DNA from: Clostridia bacterium | GTDB taxonomy: Bacteria; Bacillota; Clostridia; UMGS1883 | Assembly: GCA_051866635.1 (NCBI GenBank) | Contig: JBJDXJ010000046.1 | Location: 1 to 64,000 of the forward strand | Length of the DNA: 64,000 nucleotides | Reading direction: 5' to 3' | Shown here: one piece after another, positions 51,614 through 61,179 of the stretch | How the letters are laid out: every line of letters begins with the position of its first letter | Numbering within the stretch: the stretch's first letter is position 1 | Made by a program: the position numbers and the translations under genes | The notes under the pieces: model-generated | Told to the model about the DNA's origin: nothing | The model's database searches: none | What the model saw: only the letters and a program-made list of their open reading frames with translations

Positions 51614-52054
51614 TCAATCCTTTCCAAAACATAAATCCATAAGCACCCCGTCACAAACAGGGTTACTGTAGTAATTTTTTCGAATTCCCACCTTTTTGAA
51701 CCCCAACGATTCATAAAGGGCAATGGCAGGGTAATTGTTCGCTCTTACTTCCAGGGTAAAAAACTTAACTGAGTCATTTTTTGCAATTTCAATAACCCTT
51801 TCAAAAAGCTCTTTCCCGTAACCTTTTCGTCTGTAATCCGGATGAACTGCCACAGAAATAATCTGCCCTTCGTCAAGTACCTTTTCATAGCATAAAAACG
51901 CCACAAAATCCCCATCAAAAAGCCCGTAACAATAGTAGCTTTCCCTTTTAAGGTCACTTATCATGGTTTCTTTTTTCAATGGGTCCGAAAAAGACTTAAC
52001 TTCTATATCATATATTTTATCAATATCTTCTGATGTACATCTTTTTACTATCAT
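51614..52054 (-). CDS. rimI: Ribosomal protein alanine N-acetyltransferase (GNAT)
   Basis: [26 protein letters not shown]...G.RKNYY. Confidence 0.88.
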   Translation of the reverse strand: MIVKRCTSEDIDKIYDIEVKSFSDPLKKETMISDLKRESYYCYGLFDGDFVAFLCYEKVLDEGQIISVAVHPDYRRKGYGKELFERVIEIAKNDSVKFFTLEVRANNYPAIALYESLGFKKVGIRKNYYSNPVCDGVLMDLCFGKD

Positions 52055-52476
52055 TTCAATTTCTCAACTATTTTTTCAATATAACCGTATAACTCTTTTG
52101 CACATTTGTCATATACTTCCTGACTTTTGCCATATGGGTCAGAAATATCCTCTCCGTCTGCATATTCCCCGATTGTAAACACATTTGCATCAGCTACAGC
52201 GGACAAAATTGCATCTTTATGGCTTTTTGTCATGGTAAGAATTAAATCAGCACTTTCCACATCTTCTTTTGTCAGTTGCCTTGACACATGACCTGTTATA
52301 TCAATTCCCATTTTTTCCATGGCTTTAACAGCCTTTTCACTTGCAGGATTTCCCTCCTCTGCCATAAGACCACGGGATGCGGCACCTTGTGAGAAGAAGT
52401 TAAAAATCCCTTCTGCCATAGGACTGCGGCATGTATTGCCTGTGCATACAAATAAAACTCTTTTCACGTCTATCAA
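52051..52476 (-). CDS. Low-molecular-weight protein phosphatase, YwlE (arginine phosphatase)-like
   Basis: CTGNTCRSPMAE P-loop with Thr, DPYG. Confidence 0.88.
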   Translation of the reverse strand: MIDVKRVLFVCTGNTCRSPMAEGIFNFFSQGAASRGLMAEEGNPASEKAVKAMEKMGIDITGHVSRQLTKEDVESADLILTMTKSHKDAILSAVADANVFTIGEYADGEDISDPYGKSQEVYDKCAKELYGYIEKIVEKLK

Positions 52477-52668
52477 AACCCCTTATTTATCGGATTTTCT
52501 TCCTTTAATCTCTTTCTTTTATTATAAGTATAACCCATAATTTTACACGTAATTTCTTCTTCCTTCATAAAAAGAAGCTTTAGTGCAACAACAGTATAAT
52601 ATCACACATAAAGCATTTTTTCCACATTTATTTTGTTTTTCTTTAAATTTATATTCCGCAGTTGTCAA

Positions 52669-52794
52669 TGATATACTCCCATTAGAGTAGACACTTGAAA
52701 TAACAAAAAGATTTCAAGACTATTCTAAGGGGAGTATATCAAAATGAGCAAGGGTCAATACTTAAGAAATATTAAAAATGGTAAATATAGATAG
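52669..52794 (+). mobile_element. IS3/IS150-like left-end remnant or 73 bp mini-element
   Basis: TGATATACTCCC...GGGAGTATATCA (52669-52741) long imperfect inverted repeat with TG...CA ends, then RBS and a 16-codon stub MSKGQ... Confidence 0.55.
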
Positions 52795-53160
52795 GGATTA
52801 TAAAAGACTTCGGAGAATTTTTCCGAAGTCTTTTCTTTTAATCACTATCCTTTTTCTTTTTCCATAACGATATCGCCATTACAATGTGGATGTGCCTATT
52901 TTTTTAGCAAAAAGAAATAACCGCCCAAGTGACCAAACATTCAAGTGTAATCATTGCAGTTATACTTATACTTAGTAGCGATTTTTAATAGGGGAGAGAG
53001 CATAACAAAAGAGCCGGTCAAACGACTGACTCTTGGTGTTTATGTTTACCTACCATACTCCTTATCCACAATTTGTACCTCCTAATTTAAAATTATTTAA
53101 GTTGCCAATCTATATAGATTTTGGTATATTTTTCTGGTTTTTTTAATTAGTATAGACAAA

Positions 53161-53205
53161 AAGAAGCACCCACGGAGGAAATTTAATCCTTTTTGGGTGC
53201 TTTTG
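53161..53205 (-). terminator. Terminator after mazF
   Basis: AAGCACCCA..AGGA...TCCT..TGGGTGCTT hairpin. Confidence 0.6.
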
Positions 53206-53208
53206 CTT

Positions 53209-53547
53209 TTAAATCATTTCAATAAATGAGTAAACCATATCAACCACTTCCAGAAGTTTATCATCAGGCAGCTTTTCAATAAATGCTGCCTGTCGTGCCG
53301 TTGCATCAAGCATTTTTGCTTGTTCACACAATATAACACCTGTTGTCTTTGTCCTGTTGTCTAACTCAACGTGAAAGGGGTGACTTTTGTTGGTGCTAGT
53401 TATCGGGCACAGCATAAGCATAGCACTTAACCTGTTAAAAGTATTATTGCTTATAACCACAGCGGGTCTTCTTCCCATTTGCTCATGCCCTGCTTGAGGG
53501 TTTAGTGTAATATACACAATATCGCCTTGCTCAAATATATTTACCAT
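53209..53547 (-). CDS. mazF: MazF/PemK endoribonuclease toxin
   Basis: GDIV...NPQAGHEQ.GRRPAVVIS, CPITS. Confidence 0.93.
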   Translation of the reverse strand: MVNIFEQGDIVYITLNPQAGHEQMGRRPAVVISNNTFNRLSAMLMLCPITSTNKSHPFHVELDNRTKTTGVILCEQAKMLDATARQAAFIEKLPDDKLLEVVDMVYSFIEMI

Positions 53548-53810
53548 ACTTCTTCACCCACAGGACTACCTGTGTCAATCTCTTCTGGCTGCTCTACTGA
53601 GCCGATTTGTTCTATTGGCTTACCGTAAAATGCTTCAAGACGGTCTTGCAGAGTGATATGCTTATGCTTTTCTGCCTTTCTCAGTATTATGCAATCTTCG
53701 GAAGCTATCACTTCAACCTTGTCATTCTCTTTAAAGTTCAACTGGTCAAGGATTATTTTCGGAATTCTTATCCCTTGTGAGTTCCCCCACTTTTGTATTG
53801 TTGCGTTCAT
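53541..53810 (-). CDS. mazE: MazE/AbrB-type antitoxin
   Basis: IQKWGNSQGIRIPK ... DTG.PVGEEVW; overlaps mazF start. Confidence 0.92.
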   Translation of the reverse strand: MNATIQKWGNSQGIRIPKIILDQLNFKENDKVEVIASEDCIILRKAEKHKHITLQDRLEAFYGKPIEQIGSVEQPEEIDTGSPVGEEVW

Positions 53811-53831
53811 ACTATCAACTCCTTTAATGTA

Positions 53832-53860
53832 AGTATATACAAAGTTTATACACCTGTCAA
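53832..53860 (-). promoter_or_regulatory. mazEF promoter with overlapping operator-like palindrome
   Basis: TTGACA-17-TATACT; GTATATAC-aaa-GTTTATAC at 53833-53851. Confidence 0.75.
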
Positions 53861-54058
53861 TAGTAATATTCAAAAATAGCTCAATTCTTTCACTCAATAA
53901 CAATAAAAACACCCTCAACCGTTCAAAGTTAAGGATGCTTATTTTAGCTAAATTATTTCCATTAATTCTTATATTTATTTATGTTCTCCAAACCCTTTTG
54001 ACACAAAATCACAGGAGGACTTTTTGTGACTATTTCTGTCGGAAGGGCACAACTATTT

Positions 54059-55048
54059 TTATATTACCTTTCCGCCTGCCGATTTTAAAAGCCTGTTACG
54101 TACCGCCACACCTATTCCCTTATTTTCGGGAAGTGTGGCGTAGATTTTTTCTATGCCTTCATCATCTGCTTTCCGAAGGAGATAAAAAAGCCTTGCGGCA
54201 TAGTCCTTATCTGTGGCACCTGCGGAATAAAAGCGGGCGTTTTTAGCATAGCTCTTAAACATATCGTAAGTTATAACAGCAGTTTTCCCATCATCGGGAA
54301 TTGTGATGCTTTTAATATCATTAACAGCAACAACATCTGCCTTAGGACTGTAATGGGTATATTTCATGCCGGGACACTTGGGAGCATCCGAATATTCGCC
54401 CCCGTAAATACAATCACCGCATACATTTTCGATATCTTCCCTCGTAATTGCACCGGGACGCAGAATAACGGGCACTTCACCTGTCATGTCAACCACCGTG
54501 GACTCAACCCCTATAGTGCATTCGCCCCCGTCAATTATCATGTCTACCCTTCCATCCATATCTTGTTTGCAATGTAAAAATGTAGTAGGACTTGGGCTTC
54601 CCGACAAATTGGCAGAAGGAGCCGCAATAGGGGTGCCTGATAGTCGTATAAGTGCATTTGCAACGGGATGTGACGGCATCCTTACAGAAACGGTATCCAA
54701 ATTAGCAGATACTATATCGGGAACATTATCTTTTCTTTTTAATATGATTGTCAACGGTCCGCCCCAATACTCCTCCATAAGGTTCTTTGCCTTTTTGGGC
54801 ACCTCCCTTGCCAGCATATTAACAGAGTCAATATCGGCAATATGTGAAATCAAAGGATTGTCAGAGGGTCTGCCCTTTGCCTTGTATATGTTTCCCACAG
54901 CCTGAGAGTTAAAGGTATCTGCCCCCAAGCCATACACAGTTTCAGTGGGAAAAGCCACCAATCCCCCCTTTTTTATACACTCTGCCGCTTCCTTAAGAAC
55001 GCTTTCGTCAAAGGATAAGGGGTTTACTTTTACATAAACAGTTTTCAT
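54059..55048 (-). CDS. tsaC: Sua5-type threonylcarbamoyl-AMP synthase
   Basis: VAFPTETVYGLGA, KGRPSDNPLI.H, AAPSAN.SG, G.ESTV, PGMKY.HYSP, NRL.K. Confidence 0.95.
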   Translation of the reverse strand: MKTVYVKVNPLSFDESVLKEAAECIKKGGLVAFPTETVYGLGADTFNSQAVGNIYKAKGRPSDNPLISHIADIDSVNMLAREVPKKAKNLMEEYWGGPLTIILKRKDNVPDIVSANLDTVSVRMPSHPVANALIRLSGTPIAAPSANLSGSPSPTTFLHCKQDMDGRVDMIIDGGECTIGVESTVVDMTGEVPVILRPGAITREDIENVCGDCIYGGEYSDAPKCPGMKYTHYSPKADVVAVNDIKSITIPDDGKTAVITYDMFKSYAKNARFYSAGATDKDYAARLFYLLRKADDEGIEKIYATLPENKGIGVAVRNRLLKSAGGKVI

Positions 55049-55125
55049 AAAACTAACCTTCTATACTCAAAAAGAAGTATCAATCAGGATAATTGATACT
55101 TCTTCTTTATTTTTGTACAATGCAT

Positions 55126-56571
55126 TTATTCAACTCTGCCGTAGCCATAATAAGAATAGTTATACTTCTTACTGTATCCGCCGGGCAGGATTGATGTGTC
55201 TGTAACATTGTTGAATACAAAACCGATAAGTTCAGCATTTGACTGGCTCACATCATTTGCAACGGAAATGACATCTTCTATATTCGCACTGTTTTGTCTT
55301 ACAACCAGAATTGCCGCATCCGTATATTCCGTTATAATAACAGCATCTGTAAATAGCTGTGAGGGAGGTGTATCAACAATAATGTAATCGTAGATTTCCC
55401 TTAATGCATCCATAGTCTTTTTAAGACCGGAGGTTGAAAGCACTTCCGAAGAATTGCCCACAGGCTTACCGCCGCAGATAAGGTCAACCTTTAAATTAGG
55501 TGTCTTTACAATAGCTTGTTCAACGCTTGCCTTTCCTGTAATTACATCCAATACAGAATACTTTACTTCTTCCTTTACATCAAGAATTTTAGCTACGGCA
55601 GGCTTTCTGAGGTCACAGTCAATCATAATAACCTTGTTATTATTCTGTGCCAAGGAAAGTGCAATGTTTGCCGCAACAGTAGTTTTGCCTTCATTTTCAA
55701 GGGCACTTGTTACCAGAATTGTCTTAGCGTTATTTTTCTTCGAATATCTTTCAATCTTTGTTCTCATAGACTTATAAGTTTCGCTGAAAACAAAGCCTGT
55801 TTTCTTATTTGTAACAAGCATGGGTTCATGAGTATCTTTTCCGCCATTCTTGCCATTTTTACCCTTCTTGCCTTTGTTTATTTCAACATGGGGAACAGAT
55901 CCGATATACTTAATATCAATTTTACTTGTAAGTGCGTTAGGTGTCATAACAGGTTCTTTAATAAGCTGTATTACAACAATAGCCGCCACTGCAAGAAAAG
56001 CACCTATTATAATGCCCAAAAGCCCCATCTTAATAAGGTTTCTGTTGGCATCGGGCATAACAGCCTTTATTGGTGTTTCCAACGCCTCCAGACTGCCTGA
56101 ACGTACAGTTTCCTTTGCTTTTTCAGGAAGATAAGTGTTAATCGCCTCTGCAATGCGGTAAGTCACATCAGCATCAGGTGTTCGTACCGTTATCCTCATA
56201 ATGTTGGAGTTTTCCACCAAACTTGAAGAAATATAACTGTTAATATCCTCTTCGTAACCTGTTTCAGCCTTTATCCTCTGCACAAAGTCACGGCTCTTTA
56301 TTAAATAAGAGTATGTATTTGCCAGGTATTCGGCTACAATGAATTCATTTTGTGTAAGACTGCCGTCTGTATTAGTTTTTGAATTAATTACATAACTTAT
56401 TGTGGAGGTATAACTCGGCACATAAGTAACCGCCGCAAAAATAATGCCAAGCAAAGCACATATAAGTGCACATGCTGCAACACTTTTCCATTTTTCAAGA
56501 ACACACTTTATAAGTATAGTTATTTCAATACGGCTTTCATTTTCTTCATTCATGGCTTTTTCGTAAGTCAC
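55126..56571 (-). CDS. Fused Wzz/CpsC-CpsD polysaccharide tyrosine autokinase (BY-kinase)
   Basis: Two TMs flanking an extracellular loop; TSALENEGKTT, IDCDLRKP, VDTPP, C-terminal Tyr cluster; GTG start with GGAGG RBS. Confidence 0.9.
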   Translation of the reverse strand: MTYEKAMNEENESRIEITILIKCVLEKWKSVAACALICALLGIIFAAVTYVPSYTSTISYVINSKTNTDGSLTQNEFIVAEYLANTYSYLIKSRDFVQRIKAETGYEEDINSYISSSLVENSNIMRITVRTPDADVTYRIAEAINTYLPEKAKETVRSGSLEALETPIKAVMPDANRNLIKMGLLGIIIGAFLAVAAIVVIQLIKEPVMTPNALTSKIDIKYIGSVPHVEINKGKKGKNGKNGGKDTHEPMLVTNKKTGFVFSETYKSMRTKIERYSKKNNAKTILVTSALENEGKTTVAANIALSLAQNNNKVIMIDCDLRKPAVAKILDVKEEVKYSVLDVITGKASVEQAIVKTPNLKVDLICGGKPVGNSSEVLSTSGLKKTMDALREIYDYIIVDTPPSQLFTDAVIITEYTDAAILVVRQNSANIEDVISVANDVSQSNAELIGFVFNNVTDTSILPGGYSKKYNYSYYGYGRVE

Positions 56572-56689
56572 TTTATCTCCTCCCGTTACTACATATCTAT
56601 TGTATCTTATTCTAAGTATATCTTTTTTTTCTTCCAAAGTCAAGCACAACCGATATTTAGACATATCTTTTTTATTGCCAACAAAATCT

Positions 56690-56741
56690 ATACAATATAT
56701 TGTATTTTGTTATTGACATCGCTACAATATTTGTGTATAAT
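56690..56741 (+). promoter_or_regulatory. Tandem NrdR boxes over the nrdD sigma-A promoter
   Basis: ATACAATATATTGTAT (56690) and CTACAATATTTGTGTA (56722), 32 bp apart; TTGACA(56713)-17-TATAAT(56736). Confidence 0.85.
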
Positions 56742-56778
56742 GATGTTGTCTAAATTATGAACTTTTGGAGGATTGAAA

Positions 56779-58905
56779 ATGAAAGTTATAAAGAGAGATG
56801 GCTCTACTGTGGACTTTGACCGCAGTAAAATAGTTATTGCCATAAAAAAAGCCAACGCCGCTGTTGAAGAATCCAGTCGCATCGCCGAAGACAAAATAGA
56901 AGAAATTGTTTCACACATTGAAAGTATTCACCGCCAGAGGGTTCTGGTTGAAGATATACAAGATATGGTGGAATCTCATCTTATGGAGGCAGGTAAGTAC
57001 GATTTGGCAAAAACGTACATTATCTACCGCTATAACCGTGCCTTAGTAAGAAAGGCAAACACAACAGACGAATCTATTCTTACATTGATTAAAAACTCAA
57101 ACAAAGACCTTATGGAGGAAAATTCAAACAAAAATGCAATTATGGCGGCAACTCAGCGTGACCTTATTGCAGGTGAAGTGTCAAAGGATTTAACAAAGAG
57201 GCTCCTTCTTCCCGATCATATTTCAAAAGCTCACGAGGAAGGTGCAATCCATTTCCATGACGCCGATTATTTCCTTCAGCCCATATTCAACTGTTGCCTT
57301 ATAAACATAGGCGATATGCTTGACAATGGCACCGTTATGAACGGAAAGCTTATTGAAAGCCCCAAGAGCTTCCAGGTTGCATGTACTATCATGACACAGA
57401 TTATTGCTTCTGTTGCCTGCGGTCAGTACGGCGGACAGAGCGTTGATGTATCACACTTAGGCAAGTACCTTCGTAAGAGTAAGGACAAATTCTCTGCCCA
57501 GCTTACAAAGGAGTTTGGCGGTACTCTTTCTCCTGAAATCATTGAAAAGATTGTTGAACAAAGACTTCGTGATGAACTTAAAAGTGGTGTTCAGACAATT
57601 CAGTACCAGATAAATACCCTTATGACTACAAACGGTCAGTCCCCCTTTGTTACTCTTTTCCTTAACCTTAAGGCAGACGATGAGTACATCGAAGAAAACG
57701 CAATGATTATCGAAGAAATTCTCCGTCAGAGATATGAGGGTATAAAGAACGAGTGCGGTGTGTATGTAACGCCTGCATTTCCCAAGCTTATTTACGTTTT
57801 GGACGAATACAACTGCTTAAATGGCGGTAAGTACGACTATATTACACGGCTTGCGGTAAAGTGTTCCGCAAAGCGTCTTTACCCCGACTATATTTCCGCA
57901 AAGAAGATGCGTGAAAACTATGAAAACAATGTATTCTCCCCTATGGGATGCCGTAGTTTCCTTTCTCCCTGGAAGGACGAGGACGGAAATTATAAATTTG
58001 AAGGCAGATTTAACCAGGGCGTTGTTTCACTTAACCTTCCTCAGATTGGTATTCTTGCCAAAGGAGACGAGGACAAATTCTGGGAAATCTTAAACGACAG
58101 GTTAAAGCTTTGCTTTGAAGCACTTATGTGCCGCCATCAGGCATTGGAAGGCACAATTTCCGATACAAGTCCCGTTCACTGGCAGTACGGTGCAATTGCA
58201 AGGCTTGAAAAGGGAGAAACCATTGACAAATACCTTCATGACGGTTATTCAACCATTTCTTTAGGCTATATCGGTCTTTATGAAGTTACAAAGCTTATGA
58301 AGGGTACAAGCCATACGGAGGGTGAAGGCAAGGAATTTGCCTTAAACCTTATGAAACGTCTCCGTGCACAGTGTGAGGAATGGAAAAAGGAAACAGGTAT
58401 CGGTTTCGGTCTGTACGGAACACCTGCCGAAAGTCTTTGCTATCGTTTCGCACGCATTGATAAGGAACGCTTCGGTACAATCAAAGATGTTACCGATAAG
58501 GGTTATTACACAAATTCCTACCATGTTGATGTCCGTGAAAATATTGATGCATTTTCCAAGTTTGAATTTGAAAGCCAGTTCCAGAAGATTTCTTCCGGTG
58601 GTGCTATAAGCTATATTGAAATTCCCAACATGCGTCACAACCTTCCCGCACTGGAGGCACTTGTAAAGTTTATTTATGAAAACATCCAGTACGCTGAATT
58701 TAACACAAAGAGTGACTACTGCCATGTTTGCGGTTATGACGGCGAAATACTTATTAACGATGACCTTGAGTGGGAATGTCCCGCATGCCACAACAAAGAC
58801 CAGAAGAAGATGAATGTAACACGCCGCACTTGCGGATATTTGGGTGAAAATTTCTGGAATGTAGGTAAAACAAAAGAAATTAAGTCCCGTGTTCTTCACT
58901 TGTAA
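56779..58905 (+). CDS. nrdD: Anaerobic (class III) ribonucleoside-triphosphate reductase
   Basis: ATP cone VIKRDG, HFHD, NCC, MGCR, YGTPAE, YTNSYH, CxxC..CxxC, RTCGYL glycyl radical motif. Confidence 0.97.
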   Translation: MKVIKRDGSTVDFDRSKIVIAIKKANAAVEESSRIAEDKIEEIVSHIESIHRQRVLVEDIQDMVESHLMEAGKYDLAKTYIIYRYNRALVRKANTTDESILTLIKNSNKDLMEENSNKNAIMAATQRDLIAGEVSKDLTKRLLLPDHISKAHEEGAIHFHDADYFLQPIFNCCLINIGDMLDNGTVMNGKLIESPKSFQVACTIMTQIIASVACGQYGGQSVDVSHLGKYLRKSKDKFSAQLTKEFGGTLSPEIIEKIVEQRLRDELKSGVQTIQYQINTLMTTNGQSPFVTLFLNLKADDEYIEENAMIIEEILRQRYEGIKNECGVYVTPAFPKLIYVLDEYNCLNGGKYDYITRLAVKCSAKRLYPDYISAKKMRENYENNVFSPMGCRSFLSPWKDEDGNYKFEGRFNQGVVSLNLPQIGILAKGDEDKFWEILNDRLKLCFEALMCRHQALEGTISDTSPVHWQYGAIARLEKGETIDKYLHDGYSTISLGYIGLYEVTKLMKGTSHTEGEGKEFALNLMKRLRAQCEEWKKETGIGFGLYGTPAESLCYRFARIDKERFGTIKDVTDKGYYTNSYHVDVRENIDAFSKFEFESQFQKISSGGAISYIEIPNMRHNLPALEALVKFIYENIQYAEFNTKSDYCHVCGYDGEILINDDLEWECPACHNKDQKKMNVTRRTCGYLGENFWNVGKTKEIKSRVLHL

Positions 58906-58920
58906 TTTAATAGAGCTTAC

Positions 58921-59192
58921 AGGGCGGATTTTATCCGCCTACAGACTGTCGATAAACTTATTTTTATTCAGTCGCAAGGGGTTTGGGGAGTAAGGCTCCC
59001 CAAATAAAATAGGAGACGGAAATCGCATTTTCGGCTCCGAAAGTGGTGATTTTAGCATGTCTAGACCCCTTGCACGAGAAATTGCCACTTTGTTCCTTAA
59101 AATTACAGACCTCAAAGTGCTGAAGGACGTAGTCCGCCTTTGAGGTCGCGTGTTGACTCTTTTCGACACGCTAGGGCGGATTTTATCCGCCC
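58921..59192. mobile_element. 230 bp MITE-like element, family A, copy 2 (58943-59172), flanked by a duplicated REP-like hairpin
   Basis: Inverted homolog of 12087-12316; AGGGCGGATTTTATCCGCC at both 58921-58939 and 59173-59191. Confidence 0.87.
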
Positions 59193-59213
59193 ATGCTTTT
59201 AGGAGGGTATGAT

Positions 59214-59798
59214 ATGAATTATGCAACAATAAAGAAACATGACATTGCAAACGGTCTCGGGGTACGTGTTTCCCTTTTTGTATCAGGCTGTACTCATCAC
59301 TGCAAAGGTTGTTTTAACCCCGAAACATGGGATTTTAATTATGGAAAGGAATTTACGAAGGCAGTTGAGGCGGAAATCATTGATTCCTTATCTCACGATT
59401 ACATTTCCGGGCTTTCACTTTTGGGCGGTGAACCTTTTGAGCCTGACAACCAGGCAGTTCTGGCACCTTTTCTTACAAAAGTAAAAAAGCTTTTTCCCAA
59501 TAAGGATATATGGTGCTATTCAGGCTACAACTTTGAAACAGATATGCTCACAGGCAAACTTGGAGACAGCTCTGTTACAGATGAAATGCTCAAAAACATT
59601 GATATTCTTGTAGACGGTGAATTTGTGGAAGCATTAAAGGATATATCCCTTCGCTTTAAAGGCTCGTCAAATCAGCGTATTATTGATGTACAGCGTTCAT
59701 TGGAGGAAGATCATCTCATTCTTTGGGATGGGGAAAGTAATATTGACCGCAAGGATGTATCGGGGGAAACTGTCCACTGTCCCTCCTGCGGAGAATAA
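59214..59798 (+). CDS. nrdG: Anaerobic RNR activating enzyme
   Basis: DIANG.GVRVSLFVSGCTHHCKGCFN, GGEPF, DG.F, GSSNQR. Confidence 0.96.
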   Translation: MNYATIKKHDIANGLGVRVSLFVSGCTHHCKGCFNPETWDFNYGKEFTKAVEAEIIDSLSHDYISGLSLLGGEPFEPDNQAVLAPFLTKVKKLFPNKDIWCYSGYNFETDMLTGKLGDSSVTDEMLKNIDILVDGEFVEALKDISLRFKGSSNQRIIDVQRSLEEDHLILWDGESNIDRKDVSGETVHCPSCGE

Positions 59799-59811
59799 GA
59801 AAGGATTTACC

Positions 59812-60249
59812 ATGACAAACGTGAATATTAAAAAACTTAACCCAAACGCAATAATCCCCACATACGGAAGTGAATATGCCGCAGGATGTGACCTTTACGC
59901 ATGTCTTTCAGAGCCTGTTACAATCTTACCTCACGAAACAGTGCTTATAAAAACAGGTATTGCTTTGGAAGTTCCTGTAGGCTATGCAGGGCTTATTTAT
60001 GCAAGAAGCGGACTTGCTTCAAAGAGAAATCTTGCACCTGCCAACAAAGTAGGTGTTGTTGATTCTGATTACCGTGGCGAAGTTATGGTTGCACTCCATA
60101 ACCACGGCACAACAGTGCAAACTGTAGAACACGGAGAAAGGATTGCACAGATGGTTATTGCCCCCTTCCTTACTGCAAACTTTGTGGAAGTTAATGAACT
60201 TTCAGATACTGTACGTGGCGAAGGCGGTTTTGGTTCAACTGGCAAATAA
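59812..60249 (+). CDS. dut: dUTP diphosphatase
   Basis: AGCDL, RSG, GVVDSDYRGE, RIAQ, RGEGGFGSTG. Confidence 0.97.
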   Translation: MTNVNIKKLNPNAIIPTYGSEYAAGCDLYACLSEPVTILPHETVLIKTGIALEVPVGYAGLIYARSGLASKRNLAPANKVGVVDSDYRGEVMVALHNHGTTVQTVEHGERIAQMVIAPFLTANFVEVNELSDTVRGEGGFGSTGK

Positions 60250-60316
60250 GCTGATTGACAAAAGACGTATTTCATTATAAAATATAGTCATAAATTACAG
60301 AAAGGACTTGTTAAAC

Positions 60317-60955
60317 ATGAAAATTGCACTTATTAACGAAAACAGCCAGGCGGCTAAAAACGCTCTTATCGAAGCTACACTTAAGAAGGTTGTTGAACCT
60401 CTCGGTCACGAAGTTTTCAACTATGGTATGTACTCCGCTGAAGATACTGCACAGCTTACATATGTTCAGATTGGTATTCTTGCCGCTATCCTTCTTAACT
60501 CCGGTGCGGCTGACCTTGTAATCACAGGTTGCGGTACAGGTGAAGGTGCTATGCTTGCTTGCAACAGCTTCCCCGGTGTTCTTTGCGGTCATGTTGTTGA
60601 CCCCACAGATGCTTATCAGTTCACACAGGTTAACAACGGCAACGCTATTGCTCTTCCCTTTGCAAAGGGTTGGGGCTGGGGTTGCGAATTAAACCTTCAG
60701 TATGTATTTGAAAAGCTCTTTGTTGAAGAATGGGGCGGTGGCTATCCTAAGGAAAGAGCAGTTCCCGAACAGAGAAACAAGAAAATTCTTGACGAAGTTA
60801 AGAAGGTTACTCATCAGGATATGTTCTACATTCTTGAAAACATTGACCAGGACCTTTTAAAGGGTGCAATTGCAGGCGAAAAGTTCCAAGAATTATTCTT
60901 CGCTAACTGCAAGTGTGACAAGATGGCAGAAGTTATCAAATCCAAGCTTGCATAA
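60317..60955 (+). CDS. RpiB/LacAB-family sugar-phosphate isomerase (long type)
   Basis: MKIALINENSQA.KN, TGCGTGEGAMLA.N, GGGYPKER; promoter TTGACA(60255)-17-TAAAAT. Confidence 0.88.
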   Translation: MKIALINENSQAAKNALIEATLKKVVEPLGHEVFNYGMYSAEDTAQLTYVQIGILAAILLNSGAADLVITGCGTGEGAMLACNSFPGVLCGHVVDPTDAYQFTQVNNGNAIALPFAKGWGWGCELNLQYVFEKLFVEEWGGGYPKERAVPEQRNKKILDEVKKVTHQDMFYILENIDQDLLKGAIAGEKFQELFFANCKCDKMAEVIKSKLA

Positions 60956-60969
60956 ATAAAGCACAATAG

Positions 60970-61010
60970 AAAAAACCTTTGCAGATAAAACTGCAAAGGT
61001 TTTTCTTTTT
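60970..61010. terminator. Intrinsic terminator
   Basis: AAAAACCTTTGCAG-ataaaa-CTGCAAAGGTTTTT. Confidence 0.8.
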
Positions 61011-61179
61011 ACATTATAGGAAATTTTTGATTTCCCATAATGTAAAAAAATTTTGATTTTATTGCCGTACGAGAATTTCCTCGCAAAGAGGAAAACGCAC
61101 ATGGCGTAACAAAGTGTTTTCTCCTCTGTTCATTTTAGAGGCAAATATTGCCAAAAGCGAGGAGACACTTTGTTCTTTA

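Noticed and set aside
51614-51723. Apparent long rimI/tsaD overlap
   Set aside because: True tsaD start is 51609, so there is no overlap
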